Source: an uncultured Methanomicrobiales archaeon (lineage in GTDB: Archaea > Halobacteriota > Methanomicrobia > Methanomicrobiales > Methanospirillaceae). From it: a stretch of DNA of 64,000 nt. The stretch covers positions 288,001 to 352,000 of the forward strand of contig CAVWXH010000003.1 in assembly GCA_963758915.1 (NCBI GenBank). The letters are read 5' to 3'. The notes under the pieces were generated by a model. The model was not told the DNA's origin, made no database searches, and worked only from the letters and a program-made list of their open reading frames with translations. Positions 1 to 10,428 of this stretch are shown piece after piece; position 1 is the stretch's first letter; every line of letters begins with the position of its first letter. The translations under genes and the position numbers were made by a program.

Positions 1-652
1 CGTTCATTGACTGCTTCCTCACTTCACGGCCGATAACCGTCTGAAAATCCCGGACTATCAGGGGAAACGGGTGCGGACCAACTACCGAGCCGAGCAGGTA
101 ATGGGTATCACTGATGTTCCCGACCCAGTCACGAAGGGCTTCGTTCACCGCGTCTTTTAAAGTCCTCGATCCGGTCCGGACGGGGATCACCTTCGCACCC
201 ATCAGTTCCATCCGGAACACGTTCAGCCTCTGTCGTGCGATGTCTTCCTCACCCATATAGACCTCGACCGGGAGGTTGAGCATAGCCCCGGCAATGGCAG
301 TCGCAACGCCGTGCTGGCCAGCCCCGGTCTCGGCAATCAACCGTTTTTTACCCATATACCTGGCAAGCAAAGCCTGCCCGAGGGTATTATTCAGTTTATG
401 GGCCCCACCGTGGAGGAGGTCCTCCCGCTTGAGATAGATCTTCGCCCCGAGGTCTTCAGACATATTCGGACAATATGTCAGGGGCGTTGGCCGCCCGGCA
501 TAATTTTTCAGGTAGTGGCTGAGTTCCCGGACGAAGTCCCTGTCCCTTGAAATCTTCTGGTAAGACTCCTCGAGTTCAATGAGCGTGGCCATTAGTGCTT
601 CGGGGACATACTGCCCCCCGAATTTACCAAACCTGCCCTTTTTACCTGGCAT
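1..652 (-). CDS. trpB: Tryptophan synthase beta subunit (5' part; runs off the window edge)
   Basis: Manual translation from ATG 652: [21 protein letters not shown]...[15 protein letters not shown]...[14 protein letters not shown]; start overlaps the trpF stop. Confidence 0.96.
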   Translation of the reverse strand, partial: MPGKKGRFGKFGGQYVPEALMATLIELEESYQKISRDRDFVRELSHYLKNYAGRPTPLTYCPNMSEDLGAKIYLKREDLLHGGAHKLNNTLGQALLARYMGKKRLIAETGAGQHGVATAIAGAMLNLPVEVYMGEEDIARQRLNVFRMELMGAKVIPVRTGSRTLKDAVNEALRDWVGNISDTHYLLGSVVGPHPFPLIVRDFQTVIGREVRKQSMN

Positions 653-1226
653 CCGGCACCCCTTTTGCGTTCTGTATGAACCTGCTCACGAGAACCGGGT
701 CTTTTAGACCTGGCGTAATCTCAACCCCTGAGGCAACATCCACTGCATACGGCCGGACACTGACTATTGCTTCCTTCACATTGTCGGGAGTAAGCCCTCC
801 GGCAAGGATGACAGGGACGGCCGATTCCCTGATGGCAGCCTTCGCAAATTCAGGGCTGTACAGCCGGCCGGAACCCAGGCTCTCATCGATCACCACCGCA
901 TCACAGTCACCAGGTCTGGCACCGCCGGGTTGTACAACCCGGATGAGTTTAACACCTGCCCGGACCCGCAATACAAACGGGTACGATACCTGGACTGCCG
1001 ACGGGTGGAGGTCAAGGGCAGATTTGAAATCTTCCGGGGACTGCGTGTGAGTTACGAGGACCCCTGCCGTGAAAGGCCGTAGTTGCCCTAATATCTCTGA
1101 TGCGGTTTCCAGCGGAACGTTCCGCGGTGAGTTACTGCAGACAACGATTCCAATCGCATCAGCTCCTGCATCTTCCGCCATCATAGCGTCCTTTACGGTG
1201 GTTATCCCGCATATTTTTACGCGAAT
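642..1226 (-). CDS. trpF: Phosphoribosylanthranilate isomerase
   Basis: [26 protein letters not shown] motifs. Start uncertain: the conserved N-terminus begins at ATT 1226; nearest in-frame ATG is 1334. Confidence 0.93.
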   Translation of the reverse strand: MRVKICGITTVKDAMMAEDAGADAIGIVVCSNSPRNVPLETASEILGQLRPFTAGVLVTHTQSPEDFKSALDLHPSAVQVSYPFVLRVRAGVKLIRVVQPGGARPGDCDAVVIDESLGSGRLYSPEFAKAAIRESAVPVILAGGLTPDNVKEAIVSVRPYAVDVASGVEITPGLKDPVLVSRFIQNAKGVPDAR

Positions 1227-1978
1227 ACAAATCCCTCCAGTACTTTTTTCGGGTTGGATGAGGCCATGATCGAGCTGCCTACGAGGAACGCATCGCAATA
1301 CCTCCGGAGGTACCGAACATCGAAAGGCCAGCATATGCCGCTCATCGAAATTACGGTGAGCCCTTTCCGGCCCAGTTTCTCCGATATCAGTCTTGTCGTG
1401 GTAAAATTTGTTTCCATGGTACGGAGGTCCCGGTTGTTGATCCCGATCAGGGTAGCACCGGAACTGACAACAAGAGGGATCTCGGTACATGAATGGAGTT
1501 CAACCAGTGGCTCAATGGCACACGCCCTGCAGAAGCTGACAAATTCCGGCAGGCGGTCACCAAGCACACCTGCAATAAGGAGTACTGCGTCGGCACCGAG
1601 CATCCTGCTCTCAACGATCTGGCGTTTGTCGATAATGAAGTCCTTCTGAAGCAGGGGAAGGTCGGATATTTTCCGTATACGTGAAATATTCTCTGTGCTG
1701 CCATTGAACCAGAATGGTTCCGTGAGGACGGAAAGTGCTATGGCGCCCCCATCGGTCATCATCCGGGACAATTCCTCAGGACCCCCCTCACTCCTGATAC
1801 AGCCTGCTGATGGCGATGAATACTTAATTTCCGCAATAACTGCATTCCGGTTTTTTACAGAACGAATTGCCTGTTGCAGCCGCCCCGGCCCCGAAAGCCC
1901 GGATGCCGGGATACCGGTGTGATCCGGCAGCATTGCAATTCTTGACCTTGTCCGTTCAACAATTTCATCAAGCATCAT
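1217..1978 (-). CDS. trpC: Indole-3-glycerol phosphate synthase
   Basis: IAEIKYSSPSAG, LSVLTEP, KDFIID, GINNRDL motifs. Confidence 0.96.
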   Translation of the reverse strand: MMLDEIVERTRSRIAMLPDHTGIPASGLSGPGRLQQAIRSVKNRNAVIAEIKYSSPSAGCIRSEGGPEELSRMMTDGGAIALSVLTEPFWFNGSTENISRIRKISDLPLLQKDFIIDKRQIVESRMLGADAVLLIAGVLGDRLPEFVSFCRACAIEPLVELHSCTEIPLVVSSGATLIGINNRDLRTMETNFTTTRLISEKLGRKGLTVISMSGICWPFDVRYLRRYCDAFLVGSSIMASSNPKKVLEGFVFA

Positions 1979-3006
1979 ACCATACCGCCGGTAGCATCGA
2001 CCAGTGAGTTGAGTTTTTCCATCGCTCCCCCGCTGTCAACTGATTGTATTGCTTCCCTGATTCCTTCCTGTATCGAGCCGGCCCTCCCTGCGGTGTAGAT
2101 CGCTGCACCGCTGTTGAGGAGGACAATCTCCCTGTGGGGCCCTTTTTCCCCTGAAAGGACATCGATAAGGATCCTCGCATTCTCCCTGGCGTCCCCGCCT
2201 GCAATATCCCCGGCATCCACCTCCGCAAATCCGTAATCAGTGCACCGGATTGTCCGGTCAGTGATCCGTCGTCCTGAAAGTTCAGTCACCCGGGTCTCCC
2301 CGGTCGTGGTGATTTCATCGAGACCAGCACCATGTACCACCATGGCACGCGGAGTCCCGAGTTCCCGGAGGACTTCTGCAAACACCCGGGTAAGTGCAGG
2401 GTTGTATACCCCGATCAACTGTGCATCTGCCCCTGCGGGGTTTGTCAGCGGACCAAGAAGATTAAAAATTGTCCTGATCCCGATCTCACGCCGCAATGCA
2501 GCCACCTTCGCCATTGCAGGATGATACAACGGGGCGTACAGGAAGGCAATGCCAATATCCCTGATAATTTCATTGTTCCGGGATGGCGGGACAGAGAGGT
2601 TTACCCCGAGTGTTTCGAGGACATCCGCCGAGCCGCACCGGCTCGAAACACTCCGGTTGCCGTGTTTTACCACCTGTACTCCTGCACCGGCTGCAACAAA
2701 CGCAGCAGTGGTACTGATATTGAAACTTGCCGTACCATCACCACCAGTCCCGCAGGTATCAAGGAGTGTCCCTCGTTGTCCCCTGCAGACAGGTACCGCC
2801 CGGGCCCTCATTACCCGGGCAAATGCTGCAATTTCCCTGATAGATGGCCCTTTTACCTGCATTGCAGTCAGGAACGCCCCGATTTGAGCTCCGGTAGCCT
2901 TCCCTTCAATAATATCCTGCATGACCATTCCTGCCATTTTCCGGCTGATGTCCTGTGCACCCACCACCGATCGTATCGCCTGCCTGATGACCAGATCACG
3001 GCTCAT
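1975..3006 (-). CDS. trpD: Anthranilate phosphoribosyltransferase
   Basis: DTCGTGGDG, NIST, KHGNRSVSSRCGSAD, FNLLGPLTNP. Confidence 0.97.
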   Translation of the reverse strand: MSRDLVIRQAIRSVVGAQDISRKMAGMVMQDIIEGKATGAQIGAFLTAMQVKGPSIREIAAFARVMRARAVPVCRGQRGTLLDTCGTGGDGTASFNISTTAAFVAAGAGVQVVKHGNRSVSSRCGSADVLETLGVNLSVPPSRNNEIIRDIGIAFLYAPLYHPAMAKVAALRREIGIRTIFNLLGPLTNPAGADAQLIGVYNPALTRVFAEVLRELGTPRAMVVHGAGLDEITTTGETRVTELSGRRITDRTIRCTDYGFAEVDAGDIAGGDARENARILIDVLSGEKGPHREIVLLNSGAAIYTAGRAGSIQEGIREAIQSVDSGGAMEKLNSLVDATGGMV

Positions 3007-3584
3007 GCTTCAACACCGTTCCCGTACAGGAAATTACGTATGATCCCCGCCCCGTTATGGCAGAGAATGCTTTCAGGATGAAACTGGACACCTTCAACCG
3101 GGTAATCCCGGTGGCGGACACCCATGATGTACCCGTCATCGAGACTTCGTGCCGTGACTTCAAGAGACCCGGGTAATGATTCCGGGTCAACTATCAGTGA
3201 ATGATACCTTGTTGCGACAAACGGGTTTTCAATACCTCGGTATACCCCTTTCCCGTCATGGCTTACAAGGGATGTCTTCCCGTGCATCAGGTGGTAGCCC
3301 TGCACAACCGATGCCCCTGCACTATGACAGATCGCCTGGTGACCCAGGCAGACACCGAGGGTGGGAATTGTCCTGGATATGGTCCTGAGTGCCAAAAGAC
3401 AAAGCCCGGATCCTTTCGGGTGACCGGGTCCCGGGGACAGGATTACCCGGTCGGGGTGTATTTTTTTTAGTATTTTTGGGTCAGCATCTGATTTCACAAC
3501 TACCGGGTCTGCCCCGAGCGCCCCGACAAGCTGGACCAGGTTGTAGGTAAAGCTGTCATAGCAGTCGATGACGAGCACGTTCAT
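3003..3584 (-). CDS. trpG: Anthranilate synthase component II (glutamine amidotransferase)
   Basis: MNVLVIDCYDSFTYNL, SPGPGHP, GVCLGHQ, RYHSL, QFHPES; ATGA overlap with the trpE stop. Confidence 0.96.
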   Translation of the reverse strand: MNVLVIDCYDSFTYNLVQLVGALGADPVVVKSDADPKILKKIHPDRVILSPGPGHPKGSGLCLLALRTISRTIPTLGVCLGHQAICHSAGASVVQGYHLMHGKTSLVSHDGKGVYRGIENPFVATRYHSLIVDPESLPGSLEVTARSLDDGYIMGVRHRDYPVEGVQFHPESILCHNGAGIIRNFLYGNGVEA

Positions 3585-5269
3585 GCCAGACCACCTGCTG
3601 CGCGGATAGCCGATCGCATGGCCTCCGCCTTGTCGTTTGTCTCTGTCCATTCCTTTGAAGGACACGAGTCTGCAACGATACCTGCACCTGCCTGGACAGA
3701 GGCAATTCCATCCCTCAGATCCGCCGTCCTGATTGCAATGGCAAATTCAAGCTGATTATCGAATCCGATATAGCCTACCGCACCAGCATACAGCCCCCTG
3801 GATCCCGGTTCAAGCTCGTCAATGATCTGCATGGCCCTGATTTTAGGGGCGCCCGTTACGGTCCCTGCAGGGAAACAGGCAGTTAACCCGTCAAAACGAT
3901 CCAATCCTTCCCTGATCCTCCCGGTAACCGTTGAAACGATATGCTGGACATGGGAGTATTTTCCGATTTCCATGAACCGGGGTACTTGTACCGAGCCAAA
4001 ACTGCAGACACTTCCCACATCATTCCGTGCAAGGTCAACCAGCATGACATGTTCTGCACGTTCTTTCTCATCATTAAGAAGTTCAAGGGCTAGGTTCGCA
4101 TCATCCTCAGCAGTACACCCTCTTTTTCGAGTACCGGCGATTGGAACGGTGGTAATACTCGTTCCTTCTACCCGGACGAGCATCTCCGGACTGGCGCCGA
4201 CAACCGAATGGCCGGGGAACTCCAGAAAATACATGTACGGGCTTGGGTTTACTTCACGGAGAGCACGGTAAAGGGCAAGCGGTTCCCCGGTAAAGGGGAA
4301 CACTTCTTTCCTTGAAATTACCGCCTGGACAATCTCACCTTCGCGTATATATTTTTTGACCTTTTTCACCGAGCGAATAAATTCGTTCCTACCCTGGCCA
4401 GGAACGGGCATTCTTCCGTTTAGAGAGGGGTGCCTGTTCCCTGAACGTTGACCTGGTAAATTTGCGGCCTGATCATAATTACCAGGAATTTTTCCCCCGG
4501 AAATTTCATACCCGTCCTTAACACCAGACGGACGTGGTTCACCATCATTATTAATCCCGGATGGAACAGCAGATCGGGTTTCCAGAGATCGGCAGATAAA
4601 TTCAAACCGTGAGATCAGGGCTGAATAGTGGCGTTCATATTCATTCTCCGGCCCCATCCCTTCTGTAATTACTGCACTGCTGATCAATGACAGGGTATTG
4701 TTGCGATGATCAAATACAACACAGTCAGTGCAAAGCATGAATTCGGCAACAGGTGATCCGGTACCTGGCAGGTGCCTGGTGGGGCCAATTCCCGGAATGA
4801 GGGAGTAAACGAGGTCATACGAGAAATACCCCGCAAATCCACCAAAGAAACGCGGGACCGGAGATGGCAGATATGTAAATACCCCTGATATCGCCTTCAT
4901 CGTTTCAATTGCATTCGTTCCACAGACGTTTTCAACCAGGGTAACAAGGTCAGCGTCACCGGTGATACTGACGGCCGTACCGATCGAGATCTGGAGGACA
5001 GGGGAGATTCCAAGAAATGAGTATGATTCCGCCCTTATGTCCCGGTCCATAGATTCAAGAAGAAATCCCGGGGCACCCGCTGGGCCTGAACCCTCAGTTC
5101 CCTTATGCGATCCAGTAAGACCGTTATAGAGGTCAACCGGGGATATCCCGGTCTGGGGGATTGTAATACTCAGGGGAATAATAACCGGTCTGACTGACTG
5201 ATGTGCGAGCCTGCAGAATTCAGTCTTTGTCAGGCTGATAAGATCATGTATTCCGCCTGGAGTTACCAT
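3581..5269 (-). CDS. trpE: Anthranilate synthase component I
   Basis: LLES, NPSPYMY, GASPE, PIAGT, AEHVMLVDLARND, FPAGTVTGAPKIRAM; start placed at ATG 5269 behind the SD-like AGGTGA. Confidence 0.95.
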   Translation of the reverse strand: MVTPGGIHDLISLTKTEFCRLAHQSVRPVIIPLSITIPQTGISPVDLYNGLTGSHKGTEGSGPAGAPGFLLESMDRDIRAESYSFLGISPVLQISIGTAVSITGDADLVTLVENVCGTNAIETMKAISGVFTYLPSPVPRFFGGFAGYFSYDLVYSLIPGIGPTRHLPGTGSPVAEFMLCTDCVVFDHRNNTLSLISSAVITEGMGPENEYERHYSALISRFEFICRSLETRSAVPSGINNDGEPRPSGVKDGYEISGGKIPGNYDQAANLPGQRSGNRHPSLNGRMPVPGQGRNEFIRSVKKVKKYIREGEIVQAVISRKEVFPFTGEPLALYRALREVNPSPYMYFLEFPGHSVVGASPEMLVRVEGTSITTVPIAGTRKRGCTAEDDANLALELLNDEKERAEHVMLVDLARNDVGSVCSFGSVQVPRFMEIGKYSHVQHIVSTVTGRIREGLDRFDGLTACFPAGTVTGAPKIRAMQIIDELEPGSRGLYAGAVGYIGFDNQLEFAIAIRTADLRDGIASVQAGAGIVADSCPSKEWTETNDKAEAMRSAIRAAGGLA

Positions 5270-5381
5270 TCCACCGGCATCACCTTTGCGTGGCAGTTTC
5301 CAGGACTTTCCGGGTACCGCACGGCTGTTTTCTCCACGGATGAGGGCATGCTTTTCATATACTTTCATCTTTAATTTGCAA

Positions 5382-5422
5382 TTATATATACATTATGGTA
5401 TAATGTTGTACAATGTTGTACA
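5382..5422 (-). promoter_or_regulatory. trp promoter TATA box with four phased TRP-box-like hexamers
   Basis: TATACA 5387, GGTATA 5397, TGTACA 5407 and TGTACA 5417 at exact 10-bp spacing; the first overlaps TATATATA. TGTACA is the TrpY box consensus. Confidence 0.75.
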
Positions 5423-5578
5423 AATAATTCAAAACAGAGCTAATTTTCCTGACCAGCACGATGGGAGTTTTTGGGATATCCGGGTTGTCCCTGGACCGGA
5501 AGTGGCAATTAAACGGACCTGGCGTGTCCACCCTACGGGTTCATAATCATAGCCCGTACTATATCAGGTAGTTAACAA

Positions 5579-5962
5579 ATGACCAGAACGCTTGAGATAT
5601 GCTGGGACCACACACCTGAGCTCGCTGAAGTCCCGGTGATCACATCAGATACCAAAAAGACCTTCTGTGAACTCCTGAAAGAACTCATGCCGGCATTCGA
5701 ACAGGAGGGTATTGTCCTTACGTTCACATCCAGACCAGTAACCAGTGCAGGGGGTGGGCAAAGCCAGGTCACTCTTAACGGGAGACCACTCGGGGCCCTC
5801 CTTGTTGAAGTGGCAGAAGAGCAACGGCATTGTGAAGGGAGAAGGTGCGAAATGGACACCCCGGTTACATTTCCCGTGCTTTCACACAGAGATCTTCCCT
5901 ATCAGAGTGTCCCGGATCTTATCATCCGGAAAGCGCTCCTCCGGGCCTCAGGCGTCATCTGA
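5579..5962 (+). CDS. Hypothetical protein, DUF2703-like
   Basis: LEICWDH N-terminus, 'vtLNGRPL' and 'VPDLIIRKALL' resemble DUF2703; the N-terminal CxxC is absent. Confidence 0.55.
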   Translation: MTRTLEICWDHTPELAEVPVITSDTKKTFCELLKELMPAFEQEGIVLTFTSRPVTSAGGGQSQVTLNGRPLGALLVEVAEEQRHCEGRRCEMDTPVTFPVLSHRDLPYQSVPDLIIRKALLRASGVI

Positions 5963-6344
5963 TACTGGGAAAAAGAAGCATCCATTACCCGGTTTTTTTC
6001 CCGGTCCGGTGGTTCATGGAGCAGCATTAACCTGTGGTTGTGAACTGATCTCCCCGGGACACGCGCTCCATACCACCCGCAACATCAGGAGCACCTGTGC
6101 CACCCCGGGACACTCCCCTGCTGCAATTCGAATGTCATTTCAATGGTGTATATATTGATACGATAGGCCTGGTTCAATCGGGTTACAATTGAGTTCCACG
6201 GCGTTTGGGGGGTCATATTGCATTATTTGTCCTGATCTCAAATGCCGGGGCCATCGGACGCCTGGAGCGGAAGGGATCACATTCACACCCCGCATGGGCA
6301 CATTTAATACGAGCAATTAAAAAACTGGATACCTGGTAATTCAT

Positions 6345-6791
6345 ATGGAATGGAAAAAATTCATTATCTCGTGGGTTCTCGGTTCAGTGCTTCTTTATAT
6401 AACGCTATTTCTGGTCTCTGCAATTACCATGGTGATTGCACCATTCAACATATTTGATATTGGAGGTATGAGATCTGCAACAGACCCCTTCATGATGCTC
6501 TATTACCTGTACCCGGTCCTCCTGTCATTCATCACTACCTATGTGTTCTCAGTTGTCCGGGGTTCACTGCAGGGCTCACATGTTGAGAAAGGGCTTATGT
6601 TCGGAGTACTGATGTTCCTGCTCCTCACGGTACCCAGTGGGTTTATCATTATCACCACGATGCAATACCCGGTTGGATTCTATATTGATATGATCCTGAA
6701 CGGGCTGATCAGCTATCCGTTACTGGGTATCCTCTACACTGCCATCTGGGAAAAATGCCCGTACTGCAGCACAGCCAGCGACCAGGTATAA
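6345..6791 (+). CDS. Four-TM membrane protein of unknown function
   Basis: Four hydrophobic helices, C-terminal CPYC. Confidence 0.8.
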   Translation: MEWKKFIISWVLGSVLLYITLFLVSAITMVIAPFNIFDIGGMRSATDPFMMLYYLYPVLLSFITTYVFSVVRGSLQGSHVEKGLMFGVLMFLLLTVPSGFIIITTMQYPVGFYIDMILNGLISYPLLGILYTAIWEKCPYCSTASDQV

Positions 6792-6871
6792 ATCACCCGG
6801 GAATTCAAGGTATCCGGCAATTCGCGAATTCCGGGTGGGCGGGACTCATGTGCTGCAGGAAATACTATCTG

Positions 6872-7228
6872 CTAACGCCATTTGGACGTGGCAAAAATTC
6901 CCAGTAGTATCGCAATAACAAGCAGGACCCCTGACAGGTACAAGGATTCAAGGACCACGAGACCACCGGCATAGGCAAAAAATACGGATACAAGCCCGGC
7001 AACCCTGCCCCTTTTATAGGCAGTAATCACGGAGAGCAGGAGGAGGATTGTCGGCAATACCACGAAAAAAAATCTGACAGATGGATCATGCAGTACCTCG
7101 TCCGCTGAACGCTCTGCAAGGGTGAGAAGGACGGTCTGGGGATTAATTCCAATCGCGGTCCATAACCCTGAAAGAAATCCAAGACCAATTACAGACTCCC
7201 TGATAAAGAGGCCAGATTTTTTCCGCAT
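6872..7228 (-). CDS. Small membrane protein of unknown function
   Basis: 118 aa with 3-4 hydrophobic segments. Confidence 0.75.
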   Translation of the reverse strand: MRKKSGLFIRESVIGLGFLSGLWTAIGINPQTVLLTLAERSADEVLHDPSVRFFFVVLPTILLLLSVITAYKRGRVAGLVSVFFAYAGGLVVLESLYLSGVLLVIAILLGIFATSKWR

Positions 7229-7538
7229 GGTACTGTATCAATAGTCTCTTGACACCGGGGTGCAAAAATTCTCCCCTTCCCACCGGACACTGCCGGAATC
7301 ACCCGGGACCACCGAACCCTTGCTCTTTCCGCCTTTTTTCTCATTCCACCCTGATAATTACGCCGGATCCACCACACACCAAGTCCCGGCTTCTTTAACT
7401 GCAATTAACCAGGCATCCCCCATTCAGGCAGCAGCGTGCCATGATGCAAAATACAGATCCCCTGACCCGGAATTCGTAAGGTCACCATCTCATGATACAG
7501 ACCCTTCGGTTTAAGTAGTTCCAGAATAAGATTCCCAT

Positions 7539-8054
7539 ATGAAATCACTCACCCTGTTCCTCCTCCTTGCGGTTATGGCAGTAATACTCTCAAGTGGCTG
7601 TCTTTCGGACCCCCCCCAGAAAAAACCAGTGACTCCGTCTGTGACTGCTACAACCCCGGTGACCCCGGTAACGTTACCACCTTCAGCCAGCGCCACAGGT
7701 ACACCGGTACAGACACCGGTTATTCCACCAGTAGTTTCTGCCCCGTATGACGACAGGATCGTGTCTGAAACAGTGATCGAAGCTCCAAATCTCAGAATTC
7801 TTAAATATAATGAAGCAAGGCCGGAGGTGGGCAAACTTACTATTACGGGGATTGCAAAGAACGAAGGAAAAACAAGTGTCCCTCATGCAGAGGTCCAGAT
7901 AAAATTCTATGACGCAAATAATAATGTAATCGCGATTTCAAAAGCTTCGACAGATAACTTCGATCCAGGTAGTACATGGGGATTTTCCATCGAATACCCG
8001 GGACAGGATTCAGGGAAAGTCAAGTCCTATAAAGTGACTGTCACACCGGTGTGA
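7539..8054 (+). CDS. FxLYD-domain lipoprotein
   Basis: Lipobox-like LSSGC, Pro/Thr linker, 'G.AKN.G...IKFYDANNNVI...PG.TW.F' Ig-like FxLYD pattern. Confidence 0.8.
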   Translation: MKSLTLFLLLAVMAVILSSGCLSDPPQKKPVTPSVTATTPVTPVTLPPSASATGTPVQTPVIPPVVSAPYDDRIVSETVIEAPNLRILKYNEARPEVGKLTITGIAKNEGKTSVPHAEVQIKFYDANNNVIAISKASTDNFDPGSTWGFSIEYPGQDSGKVKSYKVTVTPV

Positions 8055-8355
8055 AGGAGGAACCGGAACAGCTACCCGGGAAACATAAGGGTGAACGAGG
8101 GGATTTCTTTTTTTTAGCCATCCGGATAAGTCTCCTGCTTCCTGTTTACACCAGCTCCCTGGGAACAGTTGGTATTCCAGATAATTGGAAGCCACCTGAT
8201 TATTCAGGTGGGGGGTTTACATGCGCAAGGCGGGAGGGCATCCCGGAAATTTTTTGTATGGCTGACATAACACCACACCGTTACCAGGGTGATTTTTAAT
8301 GACGATCGGGCATTGACCAGAATGGTAAAAAAATCCATATCATCACATGTTACTA

Positions 8356-9525
8356 TTAACAGAATGCTGACAGTGTGGACTGGTGCCCTTTCCCAAGCCC
8401 GGATAGAAGGGTACTTTCCTCGTAAAACCTGGCGGGCGGGAGTGAGAAACCGGACGTGAGATAATGGAGTGCACCCGATATTCCGTCAAACTCCTTTGGT
8501 GATGACGCCATAGCGTGCCTGACATTTTCCCTGACATTAAAAACACCGAGGGGAATATACCCCCGCCGGGCTTCACGAAGTATAATCGCCCCTGCCTGTT
8601 TTCCTTCTTTTTCAAGGGCATCGAGGACCGCCATCCTGCATGAATAATAACACCCTCCGACAGTAGAATACCCGTGTTTTTTCCGGTTTCCCTCATGATC
8701 CGCAAAGATCATTTCCTCGCGGCCAAGCACGTGCAGAAACGCCTCGATCCATTCATACTGCCATACCGTGGGCATCAGCAGGACCGCATAATGGTTATTC
8801 AGGCTGTCAAATTCATGGACACGGTAACAGTCGATTGGGGAATGCTGCCTGACCCGGGAGAGTAAATGGTCCCCGATTATAGTATCGCACGCTGTGATTG
8901 ACCAGCGCGTGGGGACCAGCTTTCTTTTCCTTCCCGTACCCATTGTCCCGGCAGACAATGCCTTCTGAATACTGGAGAACGGGACACCCTGGCGGTGCAG
9001 GTCTATAACTGCCCCGGATGCACCAAGATCCGTATCATGGTAGGCCCTCTCGAGGTCGGGGTCCCACCGCCCTTTTTCAATTTCAAATTGTTCCATTCTT
9101 GCACTGGGACCATGGGGTGACGATTCCTCGGAGAACATCATACCGGCAGGAGGGGTTTCAAAAGTGACATCGCTCTCGACAGATGACGAGGAGAGAGCTA
9201 TTTCCTGGAGTTTTTCCACGAACCGATTATCGATATCATCTGCCGCTACCCGTTGTTTCCCACGGACCAGGGACAACCGGTACCTGATTATCTCATCCTG
9301 GGTAATCCCGGCGGGGATCCATGACTCCGGGGAGTCCAGGATCCTCGTATCCCCGTGGAATGCAGCAATGACCGGGCCGGCATAGACCTTTGGATAGGCA
9401 TGGCTGCCGATAAATACGGAGGGCGGTGAACTTCCCTCCAGCTCGCGACCTATCTCAACAGACCGCATATGAGTCGATAGCGAGTTGGTAATCTGCCTGA
9501 GGTATGCTCCTTTTCCGGGTGTCAT
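8356..9525 (-). CDS. nreA: Nre family DNA repair protein (PCNA-interacting)
   Basis: GSSPPSVFIG..YPKVYAGP, LVPTRWSITACD, GGCYY, LGVFNVRENVR; C-terminal PIP-like QSTLSAF. Confidence 0.9.
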   Translation of the reverse strand: MTPGKGAYLRQITNSLSTHMRSVEIGRELEGSSPPSVFIGSHAYPKVYAGPVIAAFHGDTRILDSPESWIPAGITQDEIIRYRLSLVRGKQRVAADDIDNRFVEKLQEIALSSSSVESDVTFETPPAGMMFSEESSPHGPSARMEQFEIEKGRWDPDLERAYHDTDLGASGAVIDLHRQGVPFSSIQKALSAGTMGTGRKRKLVPTRWSITACDTIIGDHLLSRVRQHSPIDCYRVHEFDSLNNHYAVLLMPTVWQYEWIEAFLHVLGREEMIFADHEGNRKKHGYSTVGGCYYSCRMAVLDALEKEGKQAGAIILREARRGYIPLGVFNVRENVRHAMASSPKEFDGISGALHYLTSGFSLPPARFYEESTLLSGLGKGHQSTLSAFC

Positions 9526-9633
9526 CGTTCAGCGATACATGACCTTTCCCTGCATATAAAGCGGAGTAACGCGGCGTGAAAGTGATTACAGCCTGTATTG
9601 ATGAGGCCAGTTGTTGCCCGGGGACTGATGAAC

Positions 9634-10428
9634 CTATACGGCATCATCCCAGAAACCGGCCAGTACATCCCATATCCGTCCCTGTAATTCTTTTACCGCT
9701 GATGTGTCCACGTAACCTGGTTGATCCGGACCTCCTGTTTCACGTTCGTACAATCCCCGGTTAACCTCGATCTGTACCCATGGGATATCCCGGTGCCAGC
9801 GATGAGAAATGGAGATGAAGCCCCCCGCATACGGGCTGTTGAATAATACCTCCCCCTCATTCCCAAATTCGTTCCTGAAATGTTTCGCAAGGTCCTGGAT
9901 CAATTCCCTGGGGCAGGTGGACAGCACTCCCGGACGCGGTGCCCCGTTCAGGTCACCATTATTTCCAAGGCAGATAAGTGGCCTGAGCGTTCCCTTTTCA
10001 TCCCGGTCTGGTAACGCTTCCGGGAGCATGCTATGGCAGTCAAACGCAATCCTTACCTGGCATTGATCAATAAGCCGGTCGATCGCCTCGTGGTAGGGAA
10101 AAAAATATTTCACCATAAGCCGATGGACCAGGTTGATATCCGGGAACCGTTCATTCCTGTATACCGGTGTGCCAAACCCGGTCGCGGATTTGATCGCACC
10201 ATCGGGGTATTTTGGCGCCAGGTGGTATGGTGGGCGGTTGAGATCGACAACCAGCCGCGACACAGGAGTATCGATAAACGCAGCAACCCGTGAACCAAAG
10301 TTATAAATTTCCCGTGTTCCCGGGTCACTATAAAATGTGACCTCCTCATTGCTCAGTGCGATACGGCCGATAACCTCATCAGGAATTGTTGTACCCCCGT
10401 GGGGGACTGAAACGATGAACGGGTACAT
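9634..10428 (-). CDS. N-formylglutamate amidohydrolase family protein
   Basis: SVPHGG, SRLVVDLNR, PYH, DCHSM, PYAGGFI, QIEVNRGLY. Confidence 0.9.
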   Translation of the reverse strand: MYPFIVSVPHGGTTIPDEVIGRIALSNEEVTFYSDPGTREIYNFGSRVAAFIDTPVSRLVVDLNRPPYHLAPKYPDGAIKSATGFGTPVYRNERFPDINLVHRLMVKYFFPYHEAIDRLIDQCQVRIAFDCHSMLPEALPDRDEKGTLRPLICLGNNGDLNGAPRPGVLSTCPRELIQDLAKHFRNEFGNEGEVLFNSPYAGGFISISHRWHRDIPWVQIEVNRGLYERETGGPDQPGYVDTSAVKELQGRIWDVLAGFWDDAV

